Assembly (NCBI GenBank): GCA_041660745.1
Contig: JBAZVT010000003.1
Coordinates: 1,880 to 65,879, forward strand
Source: Minisyncoccota bacterium
GTDB taxonomy: Bacteria; Patescibacteriota; Minisyncoccia; Phycocordibacterales; JBAZVT01
Direction of reading: 5' to 3'
Length of the DNA stretch: 64,000 nt
In this document: positions 60,524 to 64,000 of the stretch, piece after piece
Layout: every line of letters begins with the position of its first letter
Position numbering within the stretch: the stretch's first letter is position 1
Position numbers and translations under genes: made by a program
Notes under the pieces: generated by a model
Databases searched by the model: none
What the model was told of the DNA's origin: nothing
The model's input: the letters and a program-made list of their open reading frames with translations, nothing else

Positions 60524-60610
60524 AAAAAATATCAAGGTTCGACCTTGATATTTTTTGTATCCAACACCAAATACAAAAGCCGCGCCCAGAGGGCGCGGCT
60601 TTTGTTTTTC
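60524..60610. terminator. two consecutive terminators: efp terminator (atatcaaggt-tcg-accttgatat+T6) and a bidirectional GC-rich hairpin (aaaagccgcgccc-aga-gggcgcggctttt+T-run) shared with rpsR
   Basis: Sequence inspection. Confidence 0.8.
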
Positions 60611-60623
60611 TTATGTAACTAAT

Positions 60624-60827
60624 TTAATTAGCTACGAATGGGAGAAGGCCCATGAAACGAGCACGCTTTACAGCTTCTGAAAGCTTGCGCTGATTCTTGG
60701 AGCTAACACCACTGCGCTTGTGTGATGTGATACGGCCATGAGGATTGAGGAACTTTTTGAGGACCTCTATATCCTTATAGTCTATATGCTTTATGTTGTT
60801 TTGCGCAAAATAGCACTGTTTTTTCAT
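60624..60827 (-). CDS. rpsR: 30S ribosomal protein S18
   Basis: ...HIDYKDIEVLKKFLNPHGRITSHKRSGVSSKNQRKLSEAVKRARFMGLLPF. Confidence 0.9.
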   Translation of the reverse strand: MKKQCYFAQNNIKHIDYKDIEVLKKFLNPHGRITSHKRSGVSSKNQRKLSEAVKRARFMGLLPFVAN

Positions 60828-60876
60828 GTCTGATTTTTTAAGAGCGAAGCGATATAAAAGATGCCAAACTTTTGTT

Positions 60877-60933
60877 GCCTTCCTCGGCTCGGAAATGAGA
60901 AAATTTTTCTCATTTCTCTCACCCTACGTCGGC
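60877..60933 (+). repeat. repeat family A copy 3, in the ssb-rpsR spacer
   Basis: gccttcctcggctcggaa-[atgagaaaa ttt ttctcat]-ttctctcaccctacgtcggc. Confidence 0.75.
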
Positions 60934-60945
60934 AAGAAAAATCGG

Positions 60946-61002
60946 CACCCTGTTAAATCCGCTTCGCGGTATCTGCTTTCCAAGCAGATATTTAACAGGG
61001 TT
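60946..61002. repeat. repeat family E copy 2, directly adjacent to family A copy 3
   Basis: caccctgttaaatcc-gcttcgcggtatctgctttccaagcagat-atttaacagggtt. Confidence 0.7.
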
Positions 61003-61054
61003 AAGATTTTGTAACCGCACAATGTCGCTTTCGCTTCATTCTACGGACAAAATC

Positions 61055-61507
61055 TTAAAATGGAATGTCTTCAGGGTTAATCTCTTCTTCTGGATATTCT
61101 ATCGCTGGAGCATCTGCCGTCGGAGCCGGTGCGCCTTTCGTATCCTTTTCAGGATATGCGGCACCTGGTGTTCCTCCCTCTTTACGAGGACCAAACTGAA
61201 TTCGGTCTGCAATAACTTCTGTGCGATATTTTTTCTCTCCATCTTTACCATCCCAACTGCGTGTCTGCATTCTTCCCTCCACGAGGATAGAAGAGCCTTT
61301 TTTCATGTATTGAGCTGTTGTTGCAGCTTGATTTCCAAACACTACCACGTTGTGATAATCTGTCGCATCCTGGCGAACACCGCTCTTGTCCTTCCACGTT
61401 CTATTAGTTGCAACTGAGAAGGTGCATACTTTTATACCAGAAGGTAAAGATTTCAATTCTGGATCACGAACCAAATTACCTATGATAATTGCTTTGTTGA
61501 GATACAT
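61055..61507 (-). CDS. ssb: single-stranded DNA-binding protein
   Basis: OB-fold (IIGNLVRDPELK...VVVFGNQAAT...VEGRMQTRSW), Gly/Pro-rich tail ending in the acidic DIPF motif. Confidence 0.92.
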   Translation of the reverse strand: MYLNKAIIIGNLVRDPELKSLPSGIKVCTFSVATNRTWKDKSGVRQDATDYHNVVVFGNQAATTAQYMKKGSSILVEGRMQTRSWDGKDGEKKYRTEVIADRIQFGPRKEGGTPGAAYPEKDTKGAPAPTADAPAIEYPEEEINPEDIPF

Positions 61508-61592
61508 CCTGAGAATTAGTTAATTGATAATCTATCCTCATTATACTCCAAATGGAGTCTTTTTGCTTTGAGTTACAGTATCTCTTCTTACG

Positions 61593-61691
61593 GTCATTGC
61601 GAGTGCGTCCGAAGCAATCCAGTTTTTCTTGAATCTTGAATCAAATTCCTGGATTGCCACGTCGGAAGACCTCCTCGCAAAGACAGAGGAG
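61593..61691. repeat. repeat family B copy 5 (inverted pair) in the rpsF-ssb spacer
   Basis: gtcattgcgagtgcgtccgaagcaatccag-tttttcttgaatcttgaatcaaattc-ctggattgccacgtcggaagacctcctcgcaaagacagaggag. Confidence 0.7.
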
Positions 61692-61713
61692 AAATATTTG
61701 TAATTAAAGGTAC

Positions 61714-62220
61714 CTATTTAATTTCAGTAACAAGACTATCGATTTGCTTGTCAATTTCAGCCTCGTTAACAGGAAGAGCTTCTGCTGTCTCTATCTTCTT
61801 GTCTGCTGCAATTTCTGCAGACTTTTCTCTGATTTTCAGCATGTTGCTGATAAGAGTATTTTCTCTGACGGTTTTGATGATGAGGTAACGTAGAACCATT
61901 GGACTTGCACCCAACGCTTCCTTAACGTTCTTAATCATTGCTGGGTCAAGATCAAACTTAATCCAACCAAAATACGCCTTGTTATACTTGTCATGACGAG
62001 CTTCTGCAATCTTCGTCATTTCATACGCGAGAGGGATAAGCTTAGGAAAATCGTCGGAGATAAACATACCGCCATTCTTCTCAATCATGTCTTTGATTGT
62101 GGCGAATTCTCCGGCAAGCTTTTCCTCTGGAAGAGACGGTATCAAGTGAAAACCGATTTCATACACTTGAGTTCGCTCTGCTTGCCCTACTTGCGCAGTA
62201 ACTGTCTTTTTTATAGCCAT
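61714..62220 (-). CDS. rpsF: 30S ribosomal protein S6 with extended C-terminal tail
   Basis: MAIKKTVTAQ...YEIGFHLIPSLPEEKLAGEFATIKDMIEKNGG S6 fold; ATG at 62218-62220. The track ORF 61714..62385 is an N-terminal over-extension. Confidence 0.8.
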   Translation of the reverse strand: MAIKKTVTAQVGQAERTQVYEIGFHLIPSLPEEKLAGEFATIKDMIEKNGGMFISDDFPKLIPLAYEMTKIAEARHDKYNKAYFGWIKFDLDPAMIKNVKEALGASPMVLRYLIIKTVRENTLISNMLKIREKSAEIAADKKIETAEALPVNEAEIDKQIDSLVTEIK

Positions 62221-62327
62221 TGTACTGCGTTTTAAACTTAATAATGAAGAGATATCGAAATCTCCCAAACCTCCGCTTGAGCAGTGATTCAGGAGGTACA
62301 TTAACACAAAAGCGGTTAGAAGTAAAT

Positions 62328-62678
62328 CTAACCCTGGATATAAAATAGAAGGAAAGGAATCGCCAAAGGTAATATCAGGAACCAAAAAAAGACACAGTAC
62401 ATCCGTCGTTTTTCCAACTTTTTATCCGCAGTTAAATTGTATTTTCGAATATTATAGAAATAAAATTCCAAGCCAACATGTTCTGCAAAATTAACCAGTG
62501 CAATTGGTATACCAAATATCAAAAGCGCAAACGCGCCGAGACTCTCATTAAAACTAGTTGACGGAGCTGGAAAAGAGGCTCGAAATTTAAATAAAATAAA
62601 TAACAAGGCTATTCCACTAAGAAATAAACTGATTGTTATTACATTTTTTTGTAGTTTTAATTTTTTATCTATATCCAT
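62328..62678 (-). CDS. hypothetical small membrane protein (3-4 TM)
   Basis: Hydrophobic segments only; lies between tatD and rpsF. Confidence 0.4.
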   Translation of the reverse strand: MDIDKKLKLQKNVITISLFLSGIALLFILFKFRASFPAPSTSFNESLGAFALLIFGIPIALVNFAEHVGLEFYFYNIRKYNLTADKKLEKRRMYCVFFWFLILPLAIPFLLFYIQG

Positions 62679-62685
62679 GTAAAAA

Positions 62686-63498
62686 TTATATCATGTTTAT
62701 AATAAACACTCTTTTCACATTCTTTAATAACTGCACCCTGACAGTTTCTACATCCCCTCCTCTAATTTCTGCCATGGTTTTTACAACTTCGGACACAAAT
62801 GTCGGTTCGTTACGCTTGCCGCGATACGGTACAGGTGCAACGTAGGGCGAGTCTGTTTCAGCCATAATCATGCCTGATGGTGCAAATCGAATCACTTCGT
62901 CATATTGGCGAGCAAATGTAATTACACCAGTAAAGGAAAGTGTAAAACCAATCTCAATAGCATCTTTTGCTATACCCATATCCCCAGCAAAGAAATGAAA
63001 ATTTGCCCGTACCGGAGCTTTTTCCCGTGCAGTCTTTAACATTTCCAAAACATCTCTATACGCATCCATACTCCCCTTAGTGGGTCGAGCATGAATCATA
63101 AGAGGAAGATTGTGCTTCTGAGCAAAAGCAATATGCTGGGCAAAAAGTTCTTTCTGTCTGTTTTTTTCTACCTCGATGTCACCAGTGAGATTAAAATATT
63201 CTAAGCCACACTCCCCCACAGCAACCACTTTCTCTGATTCTGCAAGCTTTTCAAAAACTGCTTCGTCAAAAATCGCACCAGCATCATCTGCAGGATGAAC
63301 ACCAATTGATGCGTAAATATTTTCATTCTCTTCTGCAAGAGCGACCGCTTTTTTTGAATCTTCGACATCAGTTCCAATTGTAATAGTCCCCACCCCAACA
63401 TCTCTCATACGTGCCAAAACAGCATCCCTATCTGAATCAAATTCAGATCCGTGGAGATGTGAGTGGATGTCGAAGTATTTAATAGACTCGGGAGTCAT
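62686..63498 (-). CDS. tatD: TatD-family metal-dependent hydrolase (DNase)
   Basis: FDIHSHLH...GVHP...VAVGECGLEY...MIHAR...AETDSPY conserved TatD motifs; classic metG-tatD linkage. Confidence 0.9.
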   Translation of the reverse strand: MTPESIKYFDIHSHLHGSEFDSDRDAVLARMRDVGVGTITIGTDVEDSKKAVALAEENENIYASIGVHPADDAGAIFDEAVFEKLAESEKVVAVGECGLEYFNLTGDIEVEKNRQKELFAQHIAFAQKHNLPLMIHARPTKGSMDAYRDVLEMLKTAREKAPVRANFHFFAGDMGIAKDAIEIGFTLSFTGVITFARQYDEVIRFAPSGMIMAETDSPYVAPVPYRGKRNEPTFVSEVVKTMAEIRGGDVETVRVQLLKNVKRVFIINMI

Positions 63499-63515
63499 AA
63501 TTTTAAATTTGGAAA

Positions 63516-63564
63516 CTACAGAGGCTAAGCCTTGGCGTCGAACGCCAAGGCTTAGCCTCTGTAG
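63516..63564. repeat. repeat family C copy 3; terminator hairpin downstream of metG
   Basis: ctacagaggctaagccttggcg-tcgaa-cgccaaggcttagcctctgtag. Confidence 0.75.
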
Positions 63565-63572
63565 TAAAATTC

Positions 63573-64000
63573 CTAATCTTTTCTCATAAAGAGAGGCTTT
63601 GCTGGCATTTCTCGATTCAAAATTGCATGTTGAATTTTTCCTGCTGTTTCAGGAAGGATTGGTACAAGCAAGAGTGAGATAAGATAAAGATTTTCTAGCA
63701 CAAACTCAACGTCTTTAATTGCTGCAGCGGGATCACTCTTATGTTTCTTAAAAGGCTCGTTTTTCTGTATATAACCATCCGTATCTTTTATGAGGCTCCA
63801 CACAGCATCGCAAGCTATGGTCGTATTATATGCATCTAACGCATTTTTGTACGTTCGCACCACATCTATCGTAGCCTTAGTCACAGAGTCCTCTATGGCC
63901 TCTTTGCGGGCTTCTGCAAGCATCGCGCCATACGTAACAGCCATCTTTAATGATCGATTAACAAGATTTCCTAGACCATTTGCAAGGTTTGCATTGTATA
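63573..64000 (-). CDS. metG: methionyl-tRNA synthetase, C-terminal (anticodon-binding) portion; gene continues beyond the window end
   Basis: DAVWSLIKDTDGYIQKNEPFK...LYLISLLLVPILPETAGKI resembles the MetRS anticodon-binding helix bundle (compare AIWELVRAANKYID...LAILLSPFMPETAEKI). Confidence 0.7.
   Translation of the reverse strand, partial: YNANLANGLGNLVNRSLKMAVTYGAMLAEARKEAIEDSVTKATIDVVRTYKNALDAYNTTIACDAVWSLIKDTDGYIQKNEPFKKHKSDPAAAIKDVEFVLENLYLISLLLVPILPETAGKIQHAILNREMPAKPLFMRKD

Noticed and set aside
61714-62385. 223-aa version of rpsF with 55-aa hydrophobic N-terminal extension
   Set aside because: The S6 fold begins at MAIKKTV (ATG 62218-62220); the extension overlaps the promoter region and has no homolog; the shorter gene is preferred.

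Overview
The window is a low-GC (about 40%), gene-dense bacterial region. Most genes show no Shine-Dalgarno sequence, and several have a TATAAT box 4-12 nt upstream of the ATG. It carries a 23S-5S rRNA operon with no linked 16S; the 23S contains an ORF-less group I intron. Together these features suggest a Candidate Phyla Radiation/Patescibacteria-like organism (inference).

Core housekeeping genes are present: typA (partial), eno, gpmI, truB, tlyA, ftsW/rodA, rplJ-rplL with an L10 leader, ftsK, recA, efp, rpsF-ssb-rpsR, tatD and metG (partial).

Accessory content:
- an OmpR-type response regulator and a PAS histidine kinase flanking a polysaccharide deacetylase, with a shared CATGAAG...CTTCATG palindrome in both promoter regions;
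- an ECF sigma / anti-sigma pair followed by a MacA-MacB-FtsX efflux operon;
- a three-gene cluster of secreted Ser/Thr/Gly-rich proteins built from a repeated ~70-aa TGDN...TGDA...NxxNTNIV module, the last also carrying DUF11 repeats and a C-terminal TM anchor;
- an ArsR-glutaredoxin-thioredoxin-like-ArsP-like permease module;
- a GT28 / membrane protein / glycoside hydrolase operon;
- tandem paralogous NAD-dependent epimerases followed by NUDIX hydrolase, sugar-phosphotransferase and GT4 genes;
- a 1263-aa secreted protein with zinc phospholipase-C-like, lamin-tail and beta-helix domains;
- an acidic surface protein with a peptidoglycan-binding domain.

Mobile and repeat content is rich:
- an IS481-family IS next to a GC-rich truncated purH fragment;
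- a RAYT/IS200-like Y1 transposase flanked by identical REP hairpins;
- at least four further families of short palindromic repeats with conserved termini and variable, covarying hairpin cores, scattered in intergenic spacers including every spacer of rpsF-ssb-rpsR.

Three GC-rich islands (about 52% GC) carry genes with canonical AGGAGG Shine-Dalgarno sites, unlike native genes, and are bounded by terminator hairpins; they look horizontally acquired. No CRISPR array, tRNA gene or reverse transcriptase was seen.
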